DNA from: Tubiluchus corallicola
Taxonomy: Eukaryota; Animalia; Priapulida
Length of the DNA: 64,000 bases
Direction of reading: 5' to 3'
Assembly (NCBI GenBank): GCA_030141605.1
Contig: JAQGDQ010000043.1
Coordinates: 869,996-933,995 of the forward strand
The position numbers were made by a program, and so were the translations under genes. Every line of letters begins with the position of its first letter. Positions within the stretch are counted from its first letter, which is position 1. This document shows positions 36,301-51,000 of this stretch, one piece after another. The notes under the pieces were generated by a model. It was not told the origin of the DNA. It ran no database searches and saw only the letters and a program-made list of their open reading frames with translations.

Positions 36301-38982
36301 TCTTCAATAGTTCAGATTGATTGTCTACATGAGAAGTTACTAGTTTCAACTCTTACTAGATGCTACTTGTCTGATACAGTTCAGTGAGTAGATTCCTTTT
36401 TTTCTGTAACCAATGAAAGACAGTTAATGTAAAATAGACAGTTGCAATATTGAAGTGATCTGACCCCGTGTCTTTCTTAATGGATTGGTACTGCTGCCAC
36501 CTGCAGTGCATATCTATGTTTTTCTATTACACATGCAATTCTGGAGAAAATTACCAATTTTTAAAATACATTCTCTATACTATAATTTTTTGCAAAGATT
36601 AAAAACTTTACATTTTTTCAATTTCATTTGTTTATTTTACTACTCAGTGCTGTTTATGATAATTTATTTATTGGCAACTAGTAAAATTGTTATGCTAAAA
36701 TCAGTTAAGACATTTATGTTTGAAATGTGTGTTCTGTTGTTCTGTAGGAGATCATTTTGTGTCATTGGATCTAAATCACGGTCTGGTCGATATGGTTGCT
36801 GTTTCTTACGTTTGACTAATGATGAAACTCCGCCCATATACACAGCCCGACCAAGCTCTCGACTTTGGGAAGTGGATTATGAAGGCAGTGTTGTCAATAC
36901 TCATCTATTCAAACAACTGCTAGCTCAGCCACCAGCGACTTTTGTCAGCAGTCTGTAAGTGTTTTCATGTAGTTGATGTCCACTAGTAATCCACGGCAAT
37001 TTGCTCACGACATCTCACATTGTGTCTGTACTTAGGAATGAAGTATGTAAAGTTGTTATGCTTTAAAGGAAGAATAAAGCCACTCAGTAAGTTGTAGTTT
37101 ATTTAACGCTTTCACCAAAAATTTGAAAAAGCAGCAGCTATTTACCTTAAAAATAACTCCGTTGCTAAGAAATCACCCGACAGACTTTCAAGTACGACTT
37201 TTTCAATATTAAATGTTCATCATCAAATGTGCCATGGCAGGTAGAGTATGTAAACTACGACACAGTAAGTTGTCAACATAGCAACATGTTCGGTTGTACT
37301 ATTACTAGCAGACTACCGGTACGTAATATTTTTAGCATTGTCATTTTAACATTTTTTACTGTGCCCTTTCTCAAAACTTCTTAGGCGGGAAACTTCATGG
37401 TATTGTAACATTTAACATTTTGTTTAAATTTTTCAAGTTACAGGTTTATACTCGTAATTGTGCAACAAGTAACTGTTTAGATATATTGGTTAATTGTTTT
37501 CTTAGACTTAGAGGTTCCACTTAATCTACTTGCATTTTTCCTAATGGTAATACATCGAAAAACATTTTAGTTATCTGATTACCTCTTTTACCTGCCAGCC
37601 TTTAGCCTGATCGTTATCACTATTCTATGCTGCAGTCACTAATCTGCCATTTTGGCTGAAACCGAATACCATTTACACCAAGAGACTTGAGCTGAACAAT
37701 CTTTTCCTTGTCAGACTCAGAAGTTGAGCCCGTGCTTCACCGTCACACATGCTACATGCGTGTACTTTATGAATATTAAATCAAGATGCAGTTATTTAAA
37801 GGAAGACAGGATGATTTTAATATACTACCCCATTTTTAAGTCCAATAAAAAGTATACATTTTAATACAATTAGTACTGCAAAAGCGTTTCTGATAATTAA
37901 ATAATAGATTAAATACTTAATTAATGGCGGGCGAGCCCAACTGTTGATGACATCACAAACTAACATAATTTTCAACAGCAGAAATATTCCGCGAAAATTG
38001 AAGCACAGTGTTATTGTACAACATTCTGTATGTTGTACTAAAACTAGGCAAGTTTTAAGATAAAAATTCAAATTTCAAATTTGCAGCTGTGCTCATGCAT
38101 GAGCTGTCGAACGTGTGTAGTTTCTCGCAAACTAACATCTGAACATGAAATTGTGTTTGTGTGATAATAATTCTTTCACGTAAGTCATTTTTGAAAAATA
38201 GTATGTTTCCTTTCAATATTTTAAAGAGTAGATTGTTTTGACCTACAGCTTAAGATTGGGTTCGCTTTTGCTTTAAGGTTCGACTTTGTAACAGTGCTTC
38301 AGTTGCAACAGCAAAATTAAATTACCAGCATACATATTGCATCGCGCGTTCAGGCTACGACAACAGTATCATATGCTGTATGTAGTGACTCGCTACAGTG
38401 TGAAGTGTTCTGCCATTGAATTGGCTTGGCTACGCACGATGTAATTTTCGAATCGAGCTTCGCATCGGATGAACTACTGTTTGTGTTATTATAAAATGAC
38501 TTTAGGATGCATATTTTGCATATATTTATATTTTTATATTTTCTTGTAAGTTTTAAGGATGACTTTTAAATAAACACAACTTGCCAGGTGCCTTTATTTT
38601 CACTTTAAGGTTAAAGCCATTTCATTTAGAGTGTGGCTAGGTGCAGTTAAATGTGTTGACATATTGTTGTCAAGATTTTGACCACAAGGAGCTGTGTGAT
38701 CTATTGGTCATAGTTTTGGACTTGTAATCCAATTATTGTCGTGCCATATCCAAATTTTTTAGTTTTTCCTTTTAAGTGCAGGTTGATTAAAAAATTTGAT
38801 AATTTCAGTGCAATTTAAATCATTTTATATGGCATAAACCACAAAGTGATCTTGAAAAATGTTTGTTAAGTCATTACTACAACAATAATAAACTACTTTG
38901 GTGACTTGAAATATGAATGTATGTAAGGCAACTAGTGTTAGACATTAGTAATATAAGTTGTTAGTAAAAAAATCCATTAATA

Positions 38983-39023
<41 letters not shown>

Positions 39024-42000
39024 AATAATAATAAATTTATGTTATAAAGCACATTCTTCAAGCAAAAAACACAGCACGTACAGTAAAATGTCACAACTAC
39101 AATTATGCATTTGAGAAAATACAACACAATAAGAATTATTTAAAATTTACATCTACATTAGTATATAATGGAGATAAGTAAACAGCAGTTATAGGAAAGG
39201 TAACAATAGGTATTGATTGTTTATCCTATCATTATTTGTAAATCTAAGTATAGAGTATAACTAAGTAACTATTTGGCATAATCATTTGCAGTAGACAAGT
39301 GTTATTATTATTGAAATTATATAAAGTACTATGGATCATAAGAACTTAGTGGTAGCTATTATAACTTGTTTATGAGATGATTGTGTCAAAAAGAATTTGA
39401 TTAATTAGTCATAAATTACCACAGAAGTTACCACATTGGACACTTTTAGTGTAGATGTGAACACTAAGTGATTAGCAAGATAAATTCTTTACAGCTTTTG
39501 TGACTTTTTATTCTTAGTACGGAATTTGACATTGAAAAGAAAGTACTCAGGTGCCTTTTACTGCTAATGTATAAAAAATTTTAGTTGGAATCCTGGCTTT
39601 GGAGATGTATAAGCAATATTTTATTGTTTATGTTGTTAATATTCTGATTTTGCTGTTATGTAATTTTACTTATCTCTGCATTATATATTGTAGTCAGAAA
39701 ACTATTTGTCTTCCGGAGGAAAAGTCCTACTCTGCACAATCCCTTGCTTTCAAACAGTTGCTACAGCTTGGATGTAGATATCTGTTTTCATGGCAAACAG
39801 ATGCTATTTACGTATTTGATCCCATCGCTGTTAAAGCCGTGTTATGGTGTGATAAAATTATAGGTAATTGTTTAAGTGCCTTACACATATAGGTTACTTT
39901 TGTTATGCAAAACTTGTGATAAATGTAATTCTGTTTGCCAACTTCATGTGGCTACTTAATGCTTTAATGTTTTTTCAATGAACAATGGAAATATTTTGTT
40001 CATTGTTCACCTTTACTCAGATGACCTGCCTGGATAATTCCATTCAATTAGTAAGCGTGCACAATGTGGAAATTTTATGGCAAAAGTATTACTGTATTAG
40101 TAAAATTTTGTGTTGAATAAATCAAATGCCATAAACCTGCTTTGTCGTAAAACCTGCCCAAATATTAAATAAAAACAATGTCACATCGAATAATCCAGGA
40201 TGCAGATCCTAACAAAACTATCTTTAGTATTATTACTGTAGTTCTGCTGTACATTTTGCCACATCTAACCACATTCGAGCATTGAAGAGTTACAACTGAA
40301 ATATCAATTTTGGTTAGGTAGTAGTAGTAGTAGCAGCAACAGCAGTAGTGTAGTACTGTGTGGTATGGATACTTTGTATGGCCTTACCAAGTCTATGTTG
40401 TTTTTATTATTAAAACTAATCTTCCAAAATGATGTAATTAAAATAATTTCTGTTCTTATATTATTTTTGTAGATATTGCAGATGTACAGTCAGTAAAAAA
40501 TGATCTTTATGTTTTGCATTCTGATGGGAAGTTATCAAGACTATGTGTTCAGTCTCTGCACAAGTGTATCATCACCCTGTGCCAGCAACACTGCTGGAAA
40601 ATAGCTGCCAAGTTGTGCCTACACTATGAGATGCAGCTTATACCAGCTTCTGTACGACATTTAGTAACTATTGATTTGATTTCTCAAATAAAGCTCAATC
40701 TACAAGAGCAGGAGCAGTGCGATGTGTCAGAGCGTTTGCAAATTATGCTGAGTCGTTTGGAAGGCAGTGATCCGCCAACATTACCTTCTCCTACTCCTAG
40801 TAATCGCAGTAGTTCCTGCTCGGACAGTGCTTTGCGATTGGATTCTGGTATTTATGTGGTTAATGCTTCTGCTAATGAAGCGTCAACTAGTAATAGTCAG
40901 CGAGCTTCTCCTTGGATGAGTCCAGAGCACCGATGTGCAGAACAGGGCAAAGCAGCAAACTATTCGTCACTTAGCAGCATTGCAAAAAAGCTGCAAAGAT
41001 TTTCTCCAAGTACTTTTATGTCTGGTGATAAGATACACAAGCCAGTGCCAAATACATCTGTGATAAGTAATGATTCCACATCTTTAACTCCCATATATGA
41101 CATTTCTGAAAGAACAAAATTAGAGCCATGTACTTCAAACACGGAAAGCAGTGGACATTCCAGCATTGCTCGTGATGGCAGTGCTTTTGTTCGGCAGAAC
41201 CTCGTGTTGGCAAGGACTGCTATTCAGGACTTTCAAAACTCCTCCCTATTACGCTCAAATTCAGCTGACACTTTGCAGTCTATCAACAAGCGAGCTCCTG
41301 ATGATCGTAATAATAACCAAAGCAGCAAATGTGATGAACAAATGATGATACAAGGATTTGAAAATCCAAACTTATCACGAAATTTCTCAGAATGCTTTGC
41401 CGTGACTGTACCTGTTCAGACGTTGCATGATTTATCGGTCAGTCTAACCATGCACAATTACAAAAGCATTCAAAGTGAAAGTACAAGAGAACCTATTGAT
41501 AGCAGCGACGTCTTTTTTTCGTCACATTCTCAGCATTCTGCTTCTCGGCCACATCTTGAACGACAGGTAACATTCGTCTATCTTTTAATTTATTTGTTAC
41601 TTGCATCAGTTAGTTATTTTAAAGTTTGTAGAGATGCCATAGTGTATATGAATGTCTGCTTATGTGTGTAACCAGTAATCCTTAGTCTCACACGCAATAA
41701 ACAACACTAGTGTTATGTGCAACTAGATGTGTATACTCTATTTGTTTAATTTCTCACTTTTTGTTTTTAAAATGCTCTGTACAATTTTTAATGCTTCAAT
41801 GAAACCAGATTTTTGTTTGTATGATGCCGAGGTGAATAGCCAAGTGGTCATAGTATGTCTTTTGAAACTATTTTAACCCTTTCACTACGTTGTTGCTTTT
41901 TCACTGGGCCACATTGACTTTTGCACATTTGACAATAACTTCTTGTGGTGTGTTACTAAAGCAAAATCTTGTAAATAAACAAATAGTTGTTTGTTATTGA

Positions 42001-45000
42001 GTACTAATATTAAATATTAGTTTTATTTCTACACTTGTACACACATGCCAGCACCCATACATGCATTCGTACACATGTGCACACCCTCATAAATAAGTAT
42101 GTACTTGTATTTAGAAACCAGTTTTCACAAAAGACACATTACTAATCCATAATATGCAATCATTTTATGAGAATGCAGAACAATCAATGAAACATACGTT
42201 TCATCAACGATCTTCATGTGATTTTGCGTGGGAACATACCATACAGTGCAGTATTGTGGAATACACCTGGCTTTAGATGCTGATTGGCTGGATAGCGTTA
42301 CTTATTGCAAAGCAACCCCAATCCCACGGCTGTTAAACTTTTCTACAATGTTCTTGCATGGCCGTAGCAGTGAAATAAACAGACCTGGTTGACTGCACTT
42401 AGTGCTGAGCTTGGGCGGCAGTCTACCGCCTTCCGTCCCTTGCATGAAAAACATAAGCGGCAGTGTGCTGCCTTCTGTTGTGAAAAGGTTAAGGTTGGTC
42501 AGTGAGTGGATGAGCGATTGCTGATTGGTCTGATAGTTTTATTCACTTTGCTGATTCTGACTATCTATCTATTCACATCTGAATGAAGCCTCCATAATCA
42601 GTAATGTTCCAGTCCTACCATAAGTATTTACATTAAGTAGGCCCTGCATTCAATGAGTGCAGTTTCTAGTGCTAAACTGTAGAAAACATGTTTTCTTTGT
42701 TCTTTCATGGTTGCCTACGTTATTCTTGCTGCCAGCAGTTTTTCTTCATTTAGGACGGCATTAACAGACGTGGGTCAGTATCTAGCATGTCTAGCAGTGA
42801 GCTGCCTGGGAAAGTCTTTTCATCGGATCCCATTGTATATTCTAGTATTGTTACTCGCAAGGCAAAACAAAAAAAGAAGAGCAGTTCAGATAGTAAGTGA
42901 TTGTTTTTTTTTCTATTTTTGTAAAAGTGCCAAATATATGGCTCAATAGATTATTGATACATCAATACAATACAATATTACATTATATATTACGGCGAAT
43001 TAGATAATAATAGATGAGAACATAAAAGAACATATTAGCTTCATCCTTTGCATTCAGTGATGGGATTAAATGAGACATTTACTTTTGTACTCTCTTTTTT
43101 TATTGAACAATGATTCCATACATAAAAATTATGTGTGATTTACCTTGTAAGTTCTTACAAAAGTTTTTTATACTATTACCCTCTTTTGCGGTTTATTGAA
43201 TAGAATGTGCCTAGTGGTTGATTTAGTATTTCTTGATCAATTCTTTTGCAGATTTTTTAGTTACATTTTTATTTCGTTTTTGAATTAGAATCTGAGAGTC
43301 AAAGACAGTCCAGTTCAAGGTCACCTTCTCTGAGTTCTCAAGATTCTGGTAAAGGTTTTTCAGTTAGTCCTGCATCTGGTTCTCCACATACTAGTCAGTC
43401 TATGTCTAATCAAAGGTATTTGCCTTGTGTGTAATCACTTGGTGAATGTTTATTGTTAAATTAAAGGAAAACAGTACTGAATTTAATCCGTAGCTAAAAT
43501 GATCTGTGGTATAAATTTTTGAAAAGGAAAACGTTTTTTTATAAATGATTTTAATTTCGTTAAATTAATCTACCAAATCACTGAATCCCCAATCTACCAA
43601 ACAAATGGGGAATAAGAATTAGAATGCTTGCATTTTCTTGTTTTATTTTCATTATCTCACATTAATTGTAGAAACTTAAAAAATGTGCAACTTTTAAAGC
43701 TGCCTAAACAGTTTTTTGTCGCTGGCTTAAGTCAAGTTTTTTGTCAAGTATTCAACATGAATTGAATTTCTATAAATTTGCCAAGTAATGCTTTTATAAT
43801 TGTTGAATTTCTACAAAACTAATTTTAATTAGCATAACTTGGTAAACTTAACATTGTTACCATGTTTCTGACATTTGAACAGACGAAAAATTTTAAAGTC
43901 ATTGCAACAGACTAGGCTTGGATTACTACCAGGACGACATTAACAGAAGCATTCATGGTGTGTCATGAATTATGTAGCGATGTCCAAAGTACTTCTGTTA
44001 GCGTTAAGATATGATAATTCTTTGCATTGTACAAGCCTCTGTGAGTTGGCCTATTTTGTTTTGTCGCGATATTTAATAGTTCATAAATGTACAATAATGA
44101 AAACAAAGTGAGAATGTTTGTGCCTTTTTTAGTGAACCGATTGCTTTTCCGGCAAATTCCAATGTGGAAACGCACTCAGAGGAAAATGGTGCTGATACAA
44201 TTACAGATTTTTTGAAGATGTCTGAAAGAATGTTGTGTAAATTAACTGAGGAGGTGCTGATATTCTCTCCAGTCGAAAGCAGGAAAATGTTAGTGGACTG
44301 GGTTAACGCATGTCACGATAGTTTAGCAAGTGCTGTTTACAAAGAGCAACAAGTTCTTCCATTTGCAGCAGAACAGATACGCAAGTCTGATTTACCGATG
44401 TTGTTACAGCTTTTAGACTGTAGGGATGAGTCATATGTATCTGATACATTGACAGAGAATGATTCGTCTGTTAATACGGATGTAGGAGACAATGCCATTC
44501 TTTCTGCTTCAGAACATTCTGTTAACAGAACAAAGCTCCTGCATGAAAATAGAACTGTTGCAGATGCACATAGTGATAGTAACGTATTAGCAATGTTATT
44601 TGCTCTTAAATACTTGGTGAAGAAGTCAGGTATACAATGCACTTTTCTCAGAAGTAGCATTAATGAGAAATATAGAACTGTGGTAAAAGATTTGCTAACC
44701 CTATGTTATGAATTTCAAGTTTATGGTGATACTAAGTGCCTTTTACAAAAGACGTTTTTAGCATCTGATAACCCAACAGCTGAATATTGTGAAAATGTTT
44801 GCGCATTGGAAGATGAACTGGTACAAGATGTCTGTGCATCTGTTTTTCTCTTATTCTATCAGTTTTGTATGGACAATACTCGTATTGCGAATGTCTTTCA
44901 CCTCTCAATACAGCATAATTATTTGTCATTCTGCACATTTTTGGACAACGTTAATGATTGTTATGAACAAATTCCAATTTCTTTAGAAGCTGTGTCTGAC

Positions 45001-48000
45001 CAAATTACTGCGTGGATATTTTTTCATAGGTATGTAGCCATAAATTAGCATTTAAATTTAAATTTGCCTTTTCCCAGGAACATCAAACTTTTGTGCAGTT
45101 TCACTGCTTTCTAAAGAAACTTTGTTAAAACTTGCATTACACTGTCACCAGCATCAAACTTTTTCTTCTGTAAAGTTTTCTAATAATGAATTCTAATTTC
45201 GACTTTAGTATTTTCAATATGGTTTTTTCAGTATGCTAAAAATAACAACTACTTTGTGTCATTGACAGCACCTGCTTAGTTTATATACTTAAACTTAAAA
45301 GCTAGTGTAAAATAAATTTATTTATTTCACTTCTGGTGTACTTTTAATGGTAAGCCTAGTTCTTATGCAATCAACTGTTTTGTGTATCTGATTGTTTTGG
45401 GTAGAAGAAACAATGGAGTTATTTATATGTCTTTTTATATACATGAATTTATTCAAGCAAGGTATTGAACTCTTTATTATCTACAGAATAAAATCCGAAA
45501 CCTGTTTTTGATTAGCTTTTGCAAAAAATAAAATTAAGGGAAGTTAAATAATTTGTATCGTATTTAACTTTAAATAAGCGTGAATGTTTAAATGTTGTGA
45601 ATATTTTGTATTGTATACACATGATGTTTGTGACATTTTAGAAGTTTAAATGATGTCTTTCTCTGTGTTTTAGATTGCTAGAAGGTGGTAGCACTGAACT
45701 GACACCTTCAATAATCCAAACACTATCAAGCAGCCACTGGTCATTTCTCTCCATTTGTCGTAAGACTGGACAGTATCCTGCTGTTTATAAGCAATATCTA
45801 GACCTGTGCCATGAAATGACTGATAATTTTCTCAGGTATGTAAGTTAGTTTTAATTTTAAGTGTTTTTTGTAGCGAAAAAGTGTATTATAAGTTGAGTTG
45901 TCCTCTGTTTACAATGGATGAATTTCATAACGATTGGTATAAATAATAAAGTCAATTTTGTGTTGCTATCTGCTAGTCACATAAACATTTAACACAATCT
46001 TCTGGAAATATTTCCAAAAACAGTTCTAAACTAGAAGAATTTTGATCGAATTAGAAGCAGAAATTATCAAGCTGATTATTTAGCTATTATATCTCTGTGT
46101 TTATTCTTGACTGTATAAAAAGAATTCTCTTTCTATACTAATATTAAATAAGTATTAGCAAAATCAGAAGACCCCAGTTCACAATTAAGTTCAGAGATAA
46201 AGCAAATATCATTGCCCACAAATTGCAGGCGAGAAAAACTGTAGCTGAGTGTTGCCTGAGTTAGCAATTTTCTTCTGATAAATCTCCTAATAATTATGCA
46301 TTAGGTCACCAAGAAAGAAATAACTACAAATTCTCCCAAATTTCCTGAACAATACACAAATTTCGAGTACTGATTAAAATTGGAAAACATTTGTAAATGC
46401 TCGATGTGCTCTTGTTTTCCACTTGCTTTTAGCAGTGCAATGCTTAACAGATGGAGCTTATATGCTCAATTGTTACACTGATTTTTTTACTTTCTAGGGA
46501 TTCTGTTTTCAAGTCTGTGTGCAGGGATAGTCGCTTGCACGATTACTTTCTCGACACTATGCTTTCCTCTTTCACAGTAGCAGCTACCTGTACTTGTGGT
46601 ATGCCTCTCCCTACGGCTGATATAAGCTTGTCTTGGCATAATATTAACTTACTCTTAGATATTCTGGACATGACTGTGCACTGCAGTTATTGGTTGGAAC
46701 GATGTTGGATGACTGGGTAAGACCGTACATGTACCGAATATCCAGAATAGCATTAATATTTGCATTTAATTAGCCAAGCATTTACTGTTTTAAAACCTCT
46801 GGTAGTTTATTTTATATACAGTATAACATCATTATAGTAAATCTATTAGGAACCCAGAAGAAATAAGTAGTCTATAACCGAGGTACTCTGTAAGAAGATA
46901 TGGCTGATAATATGTGTATGACTGCTATATGGACAAGCATATATTAATAATAACAGTGTATACATAATATACAATGTACGACTTCATCGAGGATGTAAAT
47001 TTACGTGGCATATGCTTAGTAAAGTCAATGAGATTTAAAAAAGTCAGTCAATTTTGTTTTCACAAACTTTCTATTTGTCCTTTGTATGAAAAGTTTTTGC
47101 TATAGCATTCTACACTTAATGAAACAGGAGTGAGTTGCCAGTATACATATGTAAAACAGCTGGGTGCCAAGCTGCTTCATAAATGACTCATCGTTTTTAT
47201 ACAGTAGTAGATAAAATGATTCATTCAAGACGATATGTTAGCTCCGCACACTGGACTGCTCAACAATTTTTTTGCAGTACCAGAAATGATGAGTTAAATT
47301 TAGCTGTAAATTAATTTGCAATGCTGGCAAAGGTAATGTACGTGATAAAACTTATGAATACATAGTAATACAGGCAATGGTGCCCGATGAAAAGTCCACA
47401 GTATGCAATAACAAAGTGCACTGCATTCAAAGCTACTACATTACTTAAATGAATGATGAAAGATCGTTCATTTTTGTGAGTTCGCATTACCGGTGTGTAC
47501 ACAATATTGAACTTGTGTTCGCTATAATAATGGTGTTATACTGTAATTTTTTTTGCTTTATTGAAGTTCTCTCAAATCTCTGATGAGTGTTGAGCTGCAA
47601 GTAAAGCATCAGAGGTTTATTTCACATGCTGTATATACTGCATTTTGCAATCTCCGTTCTAAATTATTTGGGTCTGCTTTAAAGCTATTTAGCGAAAGTT
47701 TATAGAGTATGCACGTAGCAAGTCTAACTTATATATAATGTAGAGCAGTGTTTCATAACCCTTTTTGAGCCATGGCACATATTTTACGTTAGAAAAATCA
47801 CAAGGCACACCACCAAACAAAAATGTCACAAAAAGTATAATGAAATATAATGAAAATTTAGTCTTAATTTACTTACTCAATGTGAAACCTGGGCCTGTTT
47901 AGTTAAACACAAAGACAGACACGAAGATCTTCCTCAACAGCTCTGAGTCTCTCTCTTTTATAGTAGTCATGCTTGAAAAGCCCAGCTCACATAGATAGGT

Positions 48001-51000
48001 TGTGGAGAAAGGGAGAAGAGCTGAAATTGCTTTGTTTCCCAGAATATGGAACTCCTTGGCAGCAGTCAACCAAAAACTGTCCAAAGGTAGATCAGCAAAG
48101 CTCAGGTTTAGACCACGATTTTGTCTAAGTTCAGTTATTTTTTGTTTGGTGTTTTGATTTGGCCATGAGTTCAGCAACTTGGTAGCTAGTTTTCAGAGCT
48201 TTTTTACCCGTCTTGGCGGTTTTCCTCAATAACGCTGCCTGTTTCTCAGTCCGTTCACGCAGCTGAACAGAATAGTCCGTATTCTTGTTTTGTGACTTGT
48301 CTCTAAATGGTGTTTGAGTTTACTTGAAACCATGGCACTGTTGGACAACTTTTCCTCGCACACCAGGCATAGTGGAGTTGACGTACTTAGTTCCCCGGGA
48401 AAGTAAATCCAAAGGCAAGATAACTTTCAGTGTATTGTCTTGAGCTCACCTTTTTTGCTTTCTTCTGACCAGTACTCATGCTAGGGCCTTCATCTGGGCC
48501 GGAATTTTCTTCAGAACTCAGGTCAGATTGAGTACTTTTTCTTTTCAAATATTTATCCATCGCTATTAGCCGCCACTGTCTCACTCGCAGCATGACTATG
48601 CACTTCCGGCTGCCGGATATATCGCGCTGACACACTGCCCTCTTTTGGAAGAGCATTTAATTGTTCTGCCTGTCACTACGCACCGCTCATTTAGACTCTC
48701 GTACTCTAAATCTTAGAGTACCAATCAGGTGAAATTGGATAATCTTCCACGGCACACCTGATGATTTGTCACGACACACTTGTGTGCTGCGGAACAGTGG
48801 TTGGGAATCACTGAAGAATATTCAGGACTATAGACTATATATGAATATATAGAATATATTTTACAATATTCAGTTTCTAAGCTAACGTAAAATTGCAACA
48901 TGTTTCCCTGTTTGATATTGGTAATTGAAGGCTATAATAAACTTTGGAAAAACGATTTATAGATTTTGGCCAGGGTACCTGACAATTGCAAAAAAACTGG
49001 GGAAATGCAAAGAAGTCATGAAGATCTTGCTTCAGTTAGGAAACTTACTGCTGTTGAATGCTAAAATTCGCTATGGTAAGTTCCATACTTCTTTTGAAAT
49101 GCCATTTAAAATCACAAATCGATTTTGTGACGCACATCATGAACAACCGTGAACACATCTTGTCAAGATTTCTAAATAAGATCGCATTCAGAAACTGAAC
49201 AACGACATCAACAAAAAGAATGTATTCATTATTTTATTAAGGTAAATCAAAGAAAAACATTTTAAGGCAAATGCATCATTGCAACTTCACTGATTTTTTA
49301 ATGTCTTCATGCATTTCAAGATCACCACTTTTGTAATGAGCTAGTTGTTTAGTAACTGTTGAGGGGGCATGTTAACCTCGAAACATTCTTCTTTTGTTCA
49401 TGCAAATGCAAGGGTGAATGCAATTTTTAATCTTTTTGTTGTATGTATTATAATTTATTTTTTTCACTTCAAGGTTATATACCTACCACTGATGAAAACT
49501 GGCGGGATTTGTTCTCACTAAAATCTCAACAGCTGCAGTCTAAGCCGTTTAATAGCACAGAAATTTTGTTCAACTCAGAAAGAACAGAACTTGTAAATGC
49601 AAAAGGAGTTTACTGTCTGAACTGTAAAGAACTGATACTGATTAGTGAAGAGATATTGTGTTGTGAAAATTCATGGCATAGTGAACGTTTATCAAACCGC
49701 AGATCCAAATCATTGCATCAGTCAGTATCTCTAACTGGAAAATCAGTGAACCCATGTCCCAGTGATGCTTGTTTTCAAGGAAGGCAGTTATGTTTTTCAT
49801 GGAATCATCTTGTAACACTTTGTGTCAAAGAAATTGGTGTAGTGAGAACATTGACAGTGTTGAAGGACATTGATATGCCATCCAGAATATTAGGCTCAGA
49901 TTTTTTTCATTTGTGTTTGCAAGAGGTTGCTGTACACCAACAGCAAGGGTAAGTTCTTAATTTCGATCTTAGATGGATCTTACAATTTATTCTAGTGTCA
50001 ATTGGCTGACATGCTTATTAGCATAATGAGCAAAATTCTAACTTTGTTTAACTATATCATTTTTTGAAAGTATCTTCTTAGTCCGTCTTCAGCATTCACC
50101 TATAATCTGCCATAATCCCAGTAGTTTAGCCTCCTCCGGAAAAAATTCTGCTGGGATTTGTAGTTGGGCTTTATTTCCTTAGTGTTAATATATAGTGCAG
50201 TATTGTGTACTGTGTATTGATGAATTTGTGCATCATCTATTTGTTTTTTCCAGTCCTTTGGTTTGCAAATTACTAGAAGAACTAAGTGAACAACTCTGGG
50301 TGATTCCATCAAATAGCAGTTTTGGTTCTCTTCTTGTAAATATTCTTGATTTTATCTTTTCATGTCATATTAAATATTTGCAGACTTTTTTACAAGAATT
50401 ATTTTTTGTACATGACTGTGAGATTTTTTTTGCGAATACTTACAGAAATATGGTGCATTTTCGGAGTTAGTTTATATGAATTAGATTTTTATATACATCA
50501 TTTATATTGTTAACGAATTAGTTCAGTTCACACGTCTTGCAAATATTATGTTTGTTACCTGTATTTTCTCATGCTGATTACTTTCTAATTTGTTGGAGTT
50601 GCCAAATAAGAAATGCTGTGCTGAGTGAGTAGTTAATTCATGTGAACTGTGTACTAATGCAACTTTGTGTTTTATAGTTGATGCAAACGTCAGAGGTGTC
50701 ATGTCACACCGCAGGAGGAATTGGTGTTAAAACTAACATAAGTCAACCATGTCATGTGTGTTTCCTCTCTTTGTCTCATGGTAGGAGCAGCAGCATCTTT
50801 TTCAGCTGTGGTGAGTACAGTTTTAATGGCTGTATTGCTTTCATGAGCAGTTTAAATAAAGATGAAGATGACTGACTGAAAATTTAAGTTTTGAAGATGT
50901 GTTCTTGATGTCTTATTTCCTATGCACGTGCAATAAGCTTTTTCACAGTTCCAATGGCTGATGGTGATCATGGAAGGGTAAAAGGTTAAATGTATCAGAC

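Noticed and set aside
41828-41860. tRNA gene (TAGCCAAGTGGTCA A-box)
   Set aside because: No B-box, T-arm or cloverleaf; at most a SINE-head remnant.
44337-44986. Overlapping ORFs within the large HPS5 exon
   Set aside because: Antisense and alternate-frame shadows of a real coding exon.
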